From Elsinoe ampelina (Eukaryota), in assembly GCA_010093995.1 (NCBI GenBank), contig ML992502.1, forward strand, positions 2,110,541 to 2,174,540: a DNA stretch of 64,000 bases, written 5' to 3'. The position numbers were made by a program, and so were the translations under genes. The notes beneath the pieces are model-generated. The model saw nothing but the letters and a program-made list of their open reading frames with translations, was not told the DNA's origin and searched no databases. Within the stretch, counting starts at the first letter, position 1; every line of letters begins with the position of its first letter. Below, in pieces: positions 12,512-26,257 of the stretch.

Positions 12512-15233
12512 TAAGACCTCTCCTCTATAATACTATAAGAATAGACTATAAGAAATAGGCAGGTTTATTTTTACATAGACTAGACTATTAAATTTCCTTT
12601 CTATAGACTTATTACAATACTAAAGTATAGTATAGTAGCTATAGTTACCTTAAAGCCTAACTAAGGCGTAGTACTATAACGTAGTATAATACTAGGATTT
12701 AACTCCGGTACTAATTTAGTATAGTGCTATTATAGTGTAGTATAGCGCTATTATAGTATAGTACTATTCTTACTTAACTACGGTGTAGTACTAGTGCTAG
12801 TGTAGCTCGGCGTAGTACTAGTACTAGTGCTAATATAGTAGAGTGTAGAGCTAGTGCTATTTAGTTTAGTACCGGGTGCTAACCTACTAAGAACAGCTTT
12901 ACACTAGTACTAGGGTCGGCCTTTAGCCGCCCTAACCCCGCCCTAATAGTTACACTAACGTCGATAGCCTAAGTTACTATAATAGAAGCTTCTAGCGCCT
13001 CTCTTCTATTAGCTAGAGTTAATATATATAGTATAAAGCTGCTATCGAAGGCTAATTTAAGGCTAAGTAGACGATAATTATATACTATAACTTAGTCCTT
13101 CTATCTGTTCTTCTTGTTTATTAGCTTAAATAGGTTCTTAATAAACTTAATATAGTTATACTTAGCATAATTAGAATCGAGGTTTAGGGCTACACTAAAG
13201 CGTTAGATAGCTTACACGAAATGCGTTATAGCGTGCTACTTTAGGAAGTTAAAATAATCTACTTTGTCTCTAGTTTAACTACGATATAGATAGTAAATTT
13301 CCTTATATTTATTTAGATAGAAAAGGGCGAGATCTATATACCTTAGCGTGTCTTTATTATAGCTCTTATACATTACAAGTAGTATAAAGTCTACTAATGC
13401 CCTTAGATAATATATAGCTTTCTCTATACATATCTTAGCTAGGAGAGGAATAAATACTAGTAGAAGTTAACGGAGTAAGCTTTTTTACTCCTTTCTAGTC
13501 TATTGCTTAACAGTAGAGAAGTAGCTAAACCTCCGTAGGCCTAGATACGCTAGAATGCCTATAAAACGGCGATTAATAATATTAAGCACACGTTCGGTAG
13601 AGAAGCGCTTATGTCTAGTAATCCTAGCCTACTCCGTAGCTGCCTTAAAGTAGCGTATTTCTAGGGTAGGTATTCTGTCCTATAGTATTAAGGTTGTCTA
13701 TCCGACGACGTATATAAGTACGCCCTTTAAGAGCTAATAGAGGATATCTAGCACTATAGCCTCGTAGATGTTAGTCTACTTATAGCCCTATACGAAGTAA
13801 TCGACATTATATACTAAATCTACACTTGCTATTACGCTCTATTACTATATTTAGATTTGCCTCCGCGTTAATATATAAGTATATAGCTCTACTCTCGCCT
13901 TAAGGTCTTCCCTTAGTTCTAGCTTAATTAGGCAAGTCGTACAATAGTAAAGAGACTTAACGCTAGTAATCTTAACCTACTCGGTATAATCTGTTATAAT
14001 AGCTACTATAATTAGGAAATATCTTCTAGTACTACTGTCCGAATAGACAATATTAACACCTTTACCTCTAACAATTTGCTTAATCGGATCGAAGATTCTC
14101 TTTATATACTTATAATAAACAGTTGCCTTCTATATTATATCGCTATTCTTTATAATAGGTAAGAGCCTTACTAGAAGCTAGCTAGGCTAGGTATTTCTAT
14201 TATAGATATATAAAGGCACATTTCCGATAGAAAGGTAGATAGTATAAGTAGTAAGGTCTCCTTAATAATTAGTTACCTAAGTTTAATCGCTTACGAGGAT
14301 AAGTAGTATAATAGTAGCACTATTAATATTTATACGCTCTTAAGCTTCCTACTACTAGTCTCCTAAAGCTAGGTTATTAAAAATTCACCTAGAGAATTTG
14401 TCTTCTACTACCTCTATAAACGTTTAAAACAGGCTATATACTATATCGTCCTTAAAGCTATAGTGCTAAAGAAAGAATTATATTATATCTATTACATTTA
14501 TATAGTAGAGAGTATAGCCTATAGCTCCTCGATTTATAGGTAGTTAGAATAAAGTCTTTATCTATGCTTCTATCTCCGAATAGTTATCTAATTTGTCTAT
14601 TTAACTACGAAGTTTGTCTAATATCTTAAAACTAAGCTAATCGGTTAAAGGCTAAATATATAAGTTATATAGGAGATAGGTAATAGTATTCTTACTAATC
14701 TTCTCTTCGAAGAGCTATTAAGTAAACATAGTATCTATTTCGTTTCTAAAAACATAGCTATAGTCTAGATCGTCTACGAACTAGACATCTATCTTAGCGG
14801 ACCTAGTCCTATAAGGGATTAGTGTTAGGAGTGTTTATATATGCTCTTTATAGTGCTACCTATACTTATAGTGCCTCCTCTACTCTTTAACTAGTGGCCT
14901 TCTCGTACGTCTATATAAAGTAGACTAACCTTCCTAAAGAAGATAGCTAACTCTTCCTTATTAAGTTCGCTAATAAAATAGAAAGGGCAAAGGCCGAGAT
15001 ATGCCCTTCTATCTCCTTCTTTTTCTCTCTTACGTAGTTCTCTCTGTCGATGCTATACTAGGGGCTAATAGTAGCCTTATCTACACGTGTAAAGCCTCTA
15101 TCTACTTTAGCGTTGCTCTTATTATTAAGGTAGACACCTAGATAGAGAGAGTCTTATACTACTCTTTCTTTACTTTGTTTATCTATGCCTTCTATCTATA
15201 TACCTTCTTCGCTATTTAAAGATATCTCCTCCT

Positions 15234-18200
15234 TAATTACGACTAGTAAGACAAGAGGTTAATTACGTCTATTTATTAAGATATCGAGACTTAGAAGAAG
15301 AGGAAGAAAAACTAGTATATAAAGCATACGTAATATCGAGAGCAAAGCGGCCGGAAGCCTAGGCTACGATACTAAGATTACATAACTAATCTAAACTAGA
15401 TTCTAACTAAATCTAGTTCGTATCTATCTCGTATTACTACTTCCCCTCTTAAGCGTATTTACTCTTAAACGCTATTATATATTATCTATTAATTTATTTC
15501 GGCCTTAGCTTATCTATATAAGAGTTTAGATAGTTATATAGCACGTCGGCTACTCCTTTAAGGTTGTTAATTAGCTACTAGGTAAGATCCTTTAGATAAC
15601 TCTTCTAGCTTATATAAGTAACTAGCTTCTCTCGTAGTAAATATATATTAATTATGTTATTTACCTTATACTTCTCTTTACTATTAACCTCTATCGGAGG
15701 TAGTTCTTTAAAGGCTTAGCCCGGCAAGGCGTTATTTAGGTGCTTAGTAAGCAGGTCGGTATAAACCACTAGGTAGATCCTTTATAGAGAGGCTAGTAAA
15801 TCGAGCTTATATACTAGCAGTAATTGTTTCTTAAGAATCTTACAGGGACTAATATGCTTTAGTAGTAGCTTTAGATTGCCCTATAGCTAGAGGTTCTTCG
15901 TTAATAGCTAAACTAAATCGCTAGTCTCGAACTCTATTAGCTAGCGGTGCTTATTAGCTTATTCTACTATCCGTAACTAGGTAATAGCAAGGTTAGCCTT
16001 AGTAATAGCTAGTGCCTCCTCTAGTTACTTAGTAAGTGCGTAGATGTCTACCTTATTTAGCTTAGCTCTTGTTAATAGCGCGTTAAAAGAGAGCTAGAAG
16101 CTTAGCCTCGGCTTGTATTCTCTAGTAACCTCGAATAGCGATAGCTTAGTACTCTCTAATAGATTAACGTTAGCGGAGAATTCTGCTACTAGTAGAACAA
16201 GTGTCTAATTACTAAAACGTGTAGCATACGAACGAATAACTCGCTCGAACTTACGATTTATAACCTCTAATTAGCTGTCTATTTATAGATACTCTATAGT
16301 AGATAGTTTAGTAGTAATCTTTAGGATTTAGTAGAGCCTCTTCTATACGTCGCTAACGAACTAAGGGCCGCAGTCCGAGGTAATACTATCTAGTAGACTA
16401 TATAGTTTCTACACGTAGAAGAATAATAGCTTAGTAGTCTTAAACGCTAAAGTGCTACCTTCTCCGGAGAAGTATAGAATTAAGTACTATTCCTTAGATA
16501 GGTAGTCGACGACATAGAGCACTACGTTATAGCCGTCTACTAGAGGTAGACTAGTAATAAAGTCTATAGTAATATATTACTATAGTCTTACTAGAATAGG
16601 TAATAGCGATAGGAGGCTAGCTAGTAAGCTATAGCGAGCCTTTAAGCACTTATAGTTATAACAGTTAGCGACGAACCTCTTAACGTTGCTATTGTATCTA
16701 AGGATATAGAAAGTAGACTTAATTATAGTAGCCATTTTAGTAGCTCCTCTATGTGTATAATTCTTTAATGTATAGACTTCTTAGATAACCTTTGCGGCTA
16801 TAGAGAAAGACACGATTAGTTAGCTATCGGCCTATAGTATTCTCTTTTTAATTGTAACATTAGTTAATAGTAACTATTTCCTCTTTAGGAAGGCTTCTAT
16901 TATATAGTAGATGCTACGAACTAACTTAAAGTTAGAGTCTCGCAAGTTAGCTCTAGCTACTTTATCGAATAGTAGTAAAGGTAGCTCTTCTAAGGCTAAG
17001 ATAGGTACTACGTAGATGCCTAGCTCGCGAGCTAAAATAGGCAGCGAAATAGGAGGTGAAATAGGCGGCGAACTAGTTTACGAACTAGATGCTAAACTAG
17101 ATCTTAGTTTAGCTTAAATTAGTAATTAAGTTTAGATACGACCTAGATTTAGTTCGTTAATAATGCGCTAATCTAGCACCTTGTATAGTAATAGCGTCTA
17201 GCGTAGATTAGAGTCTTCCTTCGAGCGTAGTACGTCTCTATTCCTTCTTATAAGTGTGTCGGCCTTACTATTAGCGGCGCTAGGCCTATATATAATCTTA
17301 AAGTTGAATTATGCAAGGTAGAGGGCCTAGCACACTTAGCGGCGTAATAGTTTCTAAGTCTTTATAAAGTGTATTAAGGATTAGTAGTTAGTAAGAACGT
17401 AAATAGCCTTATTAGATTAAGTACTTATAAGCTCGAGAGTCTACTCCTTAAAGGCTTAGACGATAGCTAGTAGTTCCTTGTCGTAGATAGTATAGTTACG
17501 TTCGGCTTTATTTATAGATTTACTAAAAAAGGTAATAGGCTAAAGAATGTTAGACTTGTTATATTATAATAGTTATATTATAATAGAATTCCGGCGGTAG
17601 TAGTGTCGAAGGCGTCTATCTTAAGAACTATCTATTTCGAGCAATCGAAGTGCGCAAGGATAGGCGCGCTTATAATAGTGTACTTTATACAATTAAACGT
17701 AGTAGTACACTTATCGTTCTATAGTATAGTGTCCTTCTTAAGTAGATTGTTTAGCGGCTTAGCGATAGTACTAAATCCCTTAATAAAGCGACGATAGTAG
17801 CTATAGAAGCTAATAAAGCTCCTTACCTAAGTAGTATTACTAGGGGCTAGCTGTTTCTACGCTTATATAGCTTCTACCTTCTTAGGATCTATCTTAACTC
17901 TATCTCGGCTAACGATAATACCGAGGTACTTTACCTCTATTAGGTAGAACTTGCTCTTCTTAATATTAGCGTTTAGGCCTAATTCGTAGAGCCTCTAGAG
18001 TACTAACTTAATATGCTCGGCATGTTCTTAGTAAGAGCTATTAGTGTAGATAAGAATGTTATTAAGATAGATTAACACGAAGCGCTCTAGTATATCGATA
18101 AAGTTGTAATTTATAAACCTCTACTATATAGTAGAGGCGTTAGTAAGGCCGAATAGTATTACTAGCTACTTGAAATTTCCTATGCATATAAAGAACATAG

Positions 18201-21200
18201 TAAGGTCCTTACTATCGATAGAGTTATAGAGGTAGTAGAAGACTTAGCGAATGTTAATCTTGCTAAACTACTTAGCTTTACTTACGCGTATAAGTGTTTC
18301 TTCGATAAGGGGTAGTAGATAGATGTCTCGCTTAGTTACCTTATTAAGGCTATAGTAATTAACGTAAAGATAGAGACTACTACCTAGCTTATAAACAAAG
18401 AGAATAGGCAAGGAATAGCTAGCTGAGCTTAGCGTAATAAAGCCTTTATTAAGGTACTTACGGATAAATAGCTCTACTATATTAAGCTCCTCTAGTAATA
18501 GGTAGCGAAGGAGTTTAGTGCGTAGTAGTTTAGCTCTATCCTTAAGTGTAATTCAATTGTCAAAATCTAGCCGATGTAGAGGGAGCATGTTAGATTACTC
18601 TTTAGAAAAGACATTAGTAAACTCTCGTAGCTTCTCTAGGAGAACTACTATAGAGTCTAGTTTTAGCTTAGAGGCTATCCGGCAGTAGTCCTTAATATTC
18701 TTTACTAAGATTATAAACACCTTATTCTTTTAGTATTTAGCTACTAATATAAAGGCAGTAGCGCTAATAAAAGCAATAGTCGGCTCTTCTTACTTAGTAT
18801 TACTTACGTAGGCAAGTATATAGAAGAACTTATACATTAACTAAGTACTATAGGAGATTAGCTTAAACTCTCTCTAATTTAGCTTAAAGTTCGACCTAAG
18901 AGCTAGTAGTCGATATAGTCTAGTTCGTCCTAACTTAGTAGCTAAGCTAGAGCCTAGTTTATAAGTTAAACTAGAACTAAACTAGTTCTAAACTAGAGTA
19001 GCAGCTTTGCCGAGTTAGATTCCTAGATCTAAGCTAGGCTTAGACCTAGATCCTAGCCTTTTAATTAGCTATAGTAGCTCCTACTTAATAACGACTAGTG
19101 AAAACTCTTCTTTGTACGTAACTTAGCCGTGCTTATAGTCGATAGTAGCTCTATTAGCCTTAAGCTAGCTAAGGCCGAGAATAATGTTAAAACAGCTAAT
19201 ATCTATAATATAGAAGGTAGTAAGAGCGTTTAGCTTGCTAGAGACAGTAGTAGTAAGAGAAACACTATAAGTAACTTACTCTATTAGAACACTATTATAA
19301 GCCTAAAGCTAAATAGAGCTAGCTAACGCTATAGGGTAGCTAAAGCTCTTTAGCTTATTAAGGACGTTATAATTGACTACGGCGCTAATAAGCGCGCTAG
19401 TGTTAATAAAGGCTTAGAGCGTAATAGTATAAGAGCAGTTATAAGAGTCGTAAATAGTAATAGGAGTTATAATAGCGGGGATATAGTAGCTAACGACGCT
19501 ATTTAGTAACTATATACCTCCGGATCTATCTCGAATTACTCTTATTCCGCTAGAGAATAAGACTTGTTCTCTAGCTACTTATTTCTCTAGTTAGAGAGGT
19601 TAGCAGACTTATAGTCCACTTCGGGTTTAAACTAAGGCTAAACTAGATCTAGTTTGTAAGCCGAACTAGTGTCGACTTAGTTGCTTAATTTAGCTAAGCG
19701 ATTCTAGAGCTGTTATATCTCTTCTATAGCACTAATACGTATAGGGCATATAGTAGCGTAAGTAGCCTTCTTTAAGGCGCTAGCTATACACTTAGTAGAG
19801 ATATAGCCGGGCTTACCGCATCTATAACAGGTAAGTGCCTAAGTTAGATAGAAGAGCTATAGAGCTCCTCTAGTAATAGAGTAGAAGGTAGCTAGAGCGG
19901 CAGGTATAGAGGTAGAATAAGACATACAAATTAGTGCTATAGTAGTGTAGCTTATAGCTAGCCTAGCGTATAGAGCTTAAGTACGCTTAGTAATAAGGTT
20001 ACTCTACTAAATGTTATAGTTAGTAGTATAAGCCTTCGCGATAAAGGTAGAGAGGTTATTAGTGTCGAAGTTAATAAGAGTAACACGTAGCTTATTAGAT
20101 ATTTTCTAGTATAGCTAATAGAGCTATTTATCCTTAGCGATCTTAGCATAGAGAGCATACTTATTAAATTCGCTAATAAAGGAGTTAAAAGAGGTATTAC
20201 GCTAGAAGAGGCTAGTAAACTAAGCGCGTATAGTAGCCTTATAGTTTAAATCCTTAAAGCGCTAGGCTAAGAGACTAAAAGCAGCTTTAATATTAAGAGT
20301 GTCGTTACTAGCGAAGTCTATAATAAGAGTATATACTTCGCTAGAGAGACGCGAATAGAGATAGGTAAACTAAGTAGCCTTAGTAAGGAAATAGTTAGTG
20401 TTAGCGCGTATCTTATTCTTTATCTAGTACTTAAAAACCTTAAACTGTTCTAGAGTACTACTAGAGAAGATAGTAGAGTCTAGTATCTTCTCTAATAATA
20501 TAACGCTATATATAGAAGAGGCTAGTATAGCGCGTTCTATCTTAGCTCTTAGCTAAGCTAGTTCGGTTTTAAGTTTACTAATATTAGCGAGATAGTACGC
20601 AGCCTAGGTAGTAAGATTATTAGTAGTACTATTAGCTATATCTAGTTTAATAAGGACGTTATTTAACTAGTTATATAGATTAAGAGTATTAGTATATACT
20701 AAGTTACACGTAGTAACCTATTTATTGTAGGTAGACTTAATAAAGGTAAAGGCCTTACGTAGAGTAGTTATACTATCTATCTCTTATAGCCTCTTCTTAA
20801 GGTTAGTATTGCTAAGGCGAATAAGGTTATAATAGGCCGATTAGACTAGTTCGTTATTATTATTAGTAGGGAGTAGAGGAATCTTACTTACGTAGTAATT
20901 GTCTTTACTATAGTTAGAACGAGCTATACTTAGCATAGTTAGTCGTAAATAAATAGTGTAAAAAGTTAACGCGTAACAAAGAGAATATTAAAAATTTTAG
21001 CTAGTAGTCTACTTCCTTTAAGAGTTATCTATAACTTAACTTATTACCTTCTTCTTATATCTTCGAGGTTTATAGTATTAACCTATATAGTAGCAGCGAG
21101 GATCTATTATAGTGTACGCGGGAACTATAGTTGTAATAGCTTCTTTTTTAATTCTTTAATTCTTTATAAGTAGTAGTTATTAGTAGTTACGTAAGTAGTA

Positions 21201-21466
21201 GAATAACTAGATAATTTAATAGCTCCGTCGCTTAGTTATAGTCGTTTCGAAGTCTCGATATAGTAATTATAACTAGTAAGACAAGAGGTTAATTACGTCT
21301 ATTCGTTAAGATATTAAGACTTAGAAGAAGAGGAAGAAAAACTAGTATATAAAGCACGTGTAATATCGAGAGTAGAGTAGCTAGAAGCCTAGGCTACGAT
21401 ACTAAGATTATATAACTAATCTAAACTAGATCCTAACTAAATCTAGTTCGTATCTATCTCGTATTA
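15234..21466 (-). mobile_element. Gypsy family A, copy A2 (6233 bp, full length, RIP-mutated)
   Basis: LTRs 15234-15436 and 21264-21466. TSD CTCCT at 15229-15233 and 21467-21471. Gag CCHC knuckle, protease, RT, RNase H, integrase and chromodomain remnants on the minus strand. Confidence 0.95.
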
Positions 21467-22063
21467 CTCCTTCTCTGTCTAATATATCTATAGTATTTGT
21501 CTTATACATTAGTTAGATAGTTTAGTATATATATTACTAGCGTTAATATAAGGATACCTTAGCCTAGCCTAAGCTAGTATAGAAGATTAGAAGGAGAGTC
21601 GAGGTAGTCTTAAAGTAGATAAGAGAGAGAGTAGAATATCTAGCTACCGCTACTATAAGAGTAGCTTAGTTAGTATAGCTAGAGTAGAGTTAGAGAAGTT
21701 TCTAATACTAGATTTTTCCGTGCTATAGCTTTAGAGTTATTAAAGTATCTTTCGCTTATGTCGATAGTAGTAGAGAAGGTGTCTATAGTATCTAGATAGA
21801 GTTATATATCTCTTTCTATATGCTTTATATTTACTAGTTACTACTATTATAGTTCGTTCTTGTCGTAAAGAAGAGAAGAGAAAAGTAGTAGGTTTTATAG
21901 TATTTATCTCTAACTTCTACTTCGAGCTAGTTTAGCGTTAGTTAGCACCTAGGAGTAATCTACTTCGTTATACATGTAAATAATCTAATCCGAAAGAGGC
22001 GAGTAAGATACCTTACTACTATAATAAAATCTATTCTCTTAGTGTATACTATACTAATCTTAA

Positions 22064-25000
22064 TTAATCTCGATAGGCACTACGCTCTTTAAGTACTACT
22101 CTTAACTCTGCTTTACTTTCTTAAATATCTTCTCTACTAACCTATAATAAGAATTTATCTATTTATAGACGTTATAGAAGAGGAATATCGAGATAAGTAT
22201 AAAGGCCTTAGTAGTAGTACTTTTCTAAGACTCTACGTTTCTATAGACATAGCTAAGACATTATATAATTTAGCGCCTAAGATACATCGTGTCTAGACTA
22301 ATTATAGCGTTAAATCGTAAGAGGTTAAGGCTAGTCTTAATATATGCTCCTTAGGCAACTAATACCTTTAATTCTTCTTTCTTGTCTATTGCTATATTAA
22401 CTATCTCGCTATACTTTTGTTAATTACTAACTCTACTTAACACAAGATAGATATTATAGTTGTTAAAGTAAATAAGCTTAGCCTCTTTACTCTCTTAGTA
22501 CTAGGTAATATACTATATTAGTTAGTTAAAGCTATAAGGGCTAAAGAGGTATAGGGACTTACTATATATACTAGTATAACTATTATTAGCTTCTAGCTAA
22601 AGACTACTACTTGCCTCTTAATCTTCTTATTATACTTAGTATTTTAGTTAGTTATAGCTACTAGAATTACTACTAATACTTTTATCTAGAGGCTTTTATA
22701 GAACTTATATATATACTACTAGAGAGTACTATTCTTTTCGGCTTTATATAGAGTATTAGCGTGCCTTATATTTATATTGCTAATCTCTTTCTTAACCTCG
22801 GGGTGTTTATTATAGATATCTATTAGAGCAAGGAACATAGATAGTACTATAAGCTTATTAACTATGTCTAGGAAGGATATAGCTTTAGCTAGGCTCTTAA
22901 AGACCTTAACAATGTTAATCTCCTCCTTGTCTACTATTCTCTCTTCTCTCTTAAGGCGCCTCTTATTAATCTTGTCCTTCTAGGCCTTTCTAATCTTGTC
23001 GAAGTAGTTCTTATAGGCGTAGCTAAGATTCTTGTCGTACTTAAAGTCGATTTAGATCTTAAGGTTATATATTGTATATAGAGGGACACTTATAGTAGAT
23101 AATTCTAGTGCTTCCTTAAATAGTAACTATACGTGTCTAGCGCCGACTATTAGGATAACCTCCGCTAGTACCTTGCCCTATTCTTAGTATAGCTAGTAAG
23201 TCTCCTTATCTATATCCTTCTTAGTCTTAGAATTATAGTTGTTAGCGAAAGAGAGTATAGACTAGAAGTTGTTAATGTTTCTTACCTATAACCTAATATG
23301 TATAAAGTTAAGCTTGTTTAGAATACTCTTTCTCTATGTCGGAGTACCTTCCTTAGGCACTATAGCTAGGTTGTCGGCTTAGTGTTTAGAGTTCTAATCT
23401 ATAGCCTATACGTAGCTCTTCGTAGGCTCTACTACTTTCTCTCCTTTATTGTTAACCTTATATAGATTATAGTACTAATACGTAGCATAAATAAAGCTAG
23501 CTACAATGTTTAAGTATCTAGCTACTAGTATACTACTTATATATAACAGGAGAGAATTGTTATAGAGGTAGGCTAACTTCTACTATACTAGCGCGTTATA
23601 AGATATAATAGAATAAAATTCGTTAAAGACAATAATTAAAGCTACAAGTTATATCTATAAAGAGGTGTTATTAACTTTATATTTTCTTAACTAATTCTCC
23701 TCGAAGATAATGTATATTAGACAGTAGCGAATAGTTCTAAGTATAATAAAGATATACTAGTTATTTAGCTATTTACCTCGAGGGAAGTTAGATTTAGAGT
23801 TAAGAAGTCTCTTAGTAGTAATAGTAGCCTTCGGGGTACTATCCTTGTTCTTTAGCTAATAATACTACTTATAGTAGCTCTCCGGCAAGTTATACTCTAT
23901 AATAGTCTTGTTTAGACTATAAGTATAGTTACTAAACATCTAAGTAATCTTTAATATACTTATTAAGCCCTAAGCTATAATAGTCTTCTTCCTCTCTACC
24001 TATATAAACTTAAATAGCTTAAGCACCTACTACGTAAGTGTATTAGACTAGGTAATTATAAGGTTTAGTCCGAACCTTCTTAGGTCTAAGGTAGAATATC
24101 TTAGCTCCGGTACTAGAGTTATTACTTTACTATATACCTCTTATATCTCTAGGAATAGCTTCTTAACTTCTTAAGTCTCTTTAAGGTTACTAAGTATATT
24201 AGCTCTTTCTATAGTTAATACTAAAGCTATTACTGTCTTACTAAGACCTATCTCGTAAGCAAAGACAATAATACTATATCCTTTAAGGTCTTACTTTAAG
24301 GTATAAGTAATAGAATATATCTAGAGAGGGAGGATTAAGTATCTCTAATTCTAGCTAGTAAAGATAACTCTAATAGTTAGTAGATCTACGTCTAGCTTAT
24401 AGCTAAAGAACTTATAGGTGTAGTTCTATAGCTCTTTACTATACTAATCTAGGACTTAACTTTTAAGGATAAAGCTTTACTAGTCTAGAGCTAGTTCGTT
24501 ACTATTTAGTTTTATAACGTCGGAGCTAGTAAGGAACTAGTTAACCTTATATGTTATAATAGTTAGTAGTATAGAAACTCTTAGTGTCTCTCTTATAGTA
24601 GTCCCTTTTATTATTATTTTCTCTAGTAATAGCTAGACTATGTATAGATACTTCTCCTTATCTGCTTTTTGTATTTCGATTTATTCGGGCATAATAAGAA
24701 CATCTACTAGGATGTTTATAATGTTAGTAATGTCTTTGTCTTTAGCCTCTTTCTCCTCTATATCTTTTAGCTCTTCTATACCTATAGTCTTTATAGTTTT
24801 AATAACTCCTATCTACTCTGTAGTTTTAATATCTACTTTAGGAATTATAATATCTACTTCGAGTTCTATATCGTGTTTAACCTTAGGTTAGGTTAGTAAA
24901 AGCAATAGCTACTTAATATCTAGAGAGAGCTAAAATTTATTATCTAGAGGAATATAAAATTCTTTATAGTACTTACGGATATTAACTATTAATATTAATA

Positions 25001-25330
25001 TAGAAATGTATAACGCTAAGTATACTTATAGAGGACATCGAGTAGTACTTATTTAACAATAGTAATGTCCGTATAGATAATAAAGAATATATCGAATATA
25101 CCGACAGGGACGTAAGATGCTAGACCTAAGATAGTAGCGTCTATATCGTATGTGTCTTTAATAAGTATTATATCGAATAGTTCGTTAAAGTCTACGTAAA
25201 ATAGTTTATTATTCTCTTTGCTAAAATTCTAACCTTTAGCTAGCGTCGACTTTAGAGCCTCTAAGCTATACTAGTAATGTCTAGATAATAAGTCTAGTTC
25301 TTTAACTAGTATCGACTATGCCTTAATTAT
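22064..25330 (-). pseudogene. SNF2-family (SF2) helicase/ATPase, cargo of the Plavaka-like element (RIP-degenerate)
   Basis: De-RIP motifs in order: I, FAHEMGLGKT (~24263-24233); II, IVFDEFH (~23633-23612); III, SGTP (~23540-23528); V, GLNL (~22334-22322); VI, QCLGRVHR (~22267-22243). Acidic low-complexity N-terminal part. 5' end uncertain. Confidence 0.78.
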
Positions 25331-26257
25331 ACTTAGACCTCTAGGTTAAACTTTAAAGACCCTTATAACTATAATATTAATATTACTAACAAGTTTATTA
25401 AAGGTAAGTAGCTAATAGAGGTAATTAACTTACTACTAGTATTTATAATTATAGTCGCCTACGCTTATATTTATACCTAATAGTATAGTATATAAGGAGT
25501 TTAGAAAGGAGTATTAAGAATTATTATTATTAGCCGAAGTTCTAGAGGTACGTCTATATCCTAGAGGCTAGGAGTGTTACTAGTAGTTATAGTCTTCTTC
25601 TCTCCTAAGATCTCGCTACTTAGTATTCTTTACCTATAGAATAAATTTCTATATAGCGTATTTGTTATTAAAGCTATTAACTCTACTTAGGGCGTATTCT
25701 TAGAACTAGGTACAATTATAGCAGCTAGGACAATTAACAAAGAGATTTTTGCTTAGTCTAGTAATAAGCTTCTACTCGAGCTAAACTCTAACTATCTTCT
25801 TCTAGGAGTTCTTATTAATGTCTTTTAAGGGATCGAAGCTTAGCTCTCTATATATATTACACTATATAGTTCCGGTATGCTTTATTACCTTCTTAAAGTT
25901 ATCTATAGACTAGTTAAAGATGTTAGTAAAGCATCCTTTAGTTAGTAGTAAACCCTTTACTAGGTATATATTAATTTTGTCTATAGTCTATTCCTTAGCT
26001 AGCTTTTTACTAAAGTTATTAGAATAAGAATTTAATGCTATAATTATATAAGCTTACGCCGTAGGTAAATCTCACAACGGCTATAGTTAAATAATAGATA
26101 AACAGCTAGTATACTTAATTATATATATATTTAAGAGGTATTCTTATAAAAAGCAAAAGTAGAGTAGAAGGTTAAAGATAATAAATAGTAACTAGTAAAC
26201 AAAGAAGATATACTTAGGAGGTTATATAGCGGACTATATGTTATAAGGTCTTTAATT

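Larger units (their letters stand above)
5109..12957. mobile_element. hAT-superfamily DNA transposon (7849 bp) carrying a histone H3-like gene and other cargo
   Basis: TIR TAGTATAACCGTTAGGGCGGGGTTAG at the left; the right end reverse-complements to TAGTGTAACTATTAGGGCGGGGTTAG. 8-bp TSD ACGTCGAC (5101-5108) / ACGTCGAT (12958-12965). Subterminal GCAC-type repeat arrays. Internal transposase with a hAT dimerisation domain. Confidence 0.93.
4200..21850 (-). pseudogene. Plavaka-family transposase split in three (~21850-21472, 15233-12966, 5108-~4200) by Gypsy A2 and the hAT element
   Basis: De-RIP motifs: N-terminal C2H2 finger CKACGKRY....GY.RHL..HH (~21830-21765); IPAYPGLRRF.HFS.VKQWTGKEQK (~13560-13480); IRC..HW.N..G.WRYDWLWVQ (~4760-4695); C-terminal FVNN.ADFNTYN.L (~4340-4295). 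Ends approximate. Confidence 0.8.
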
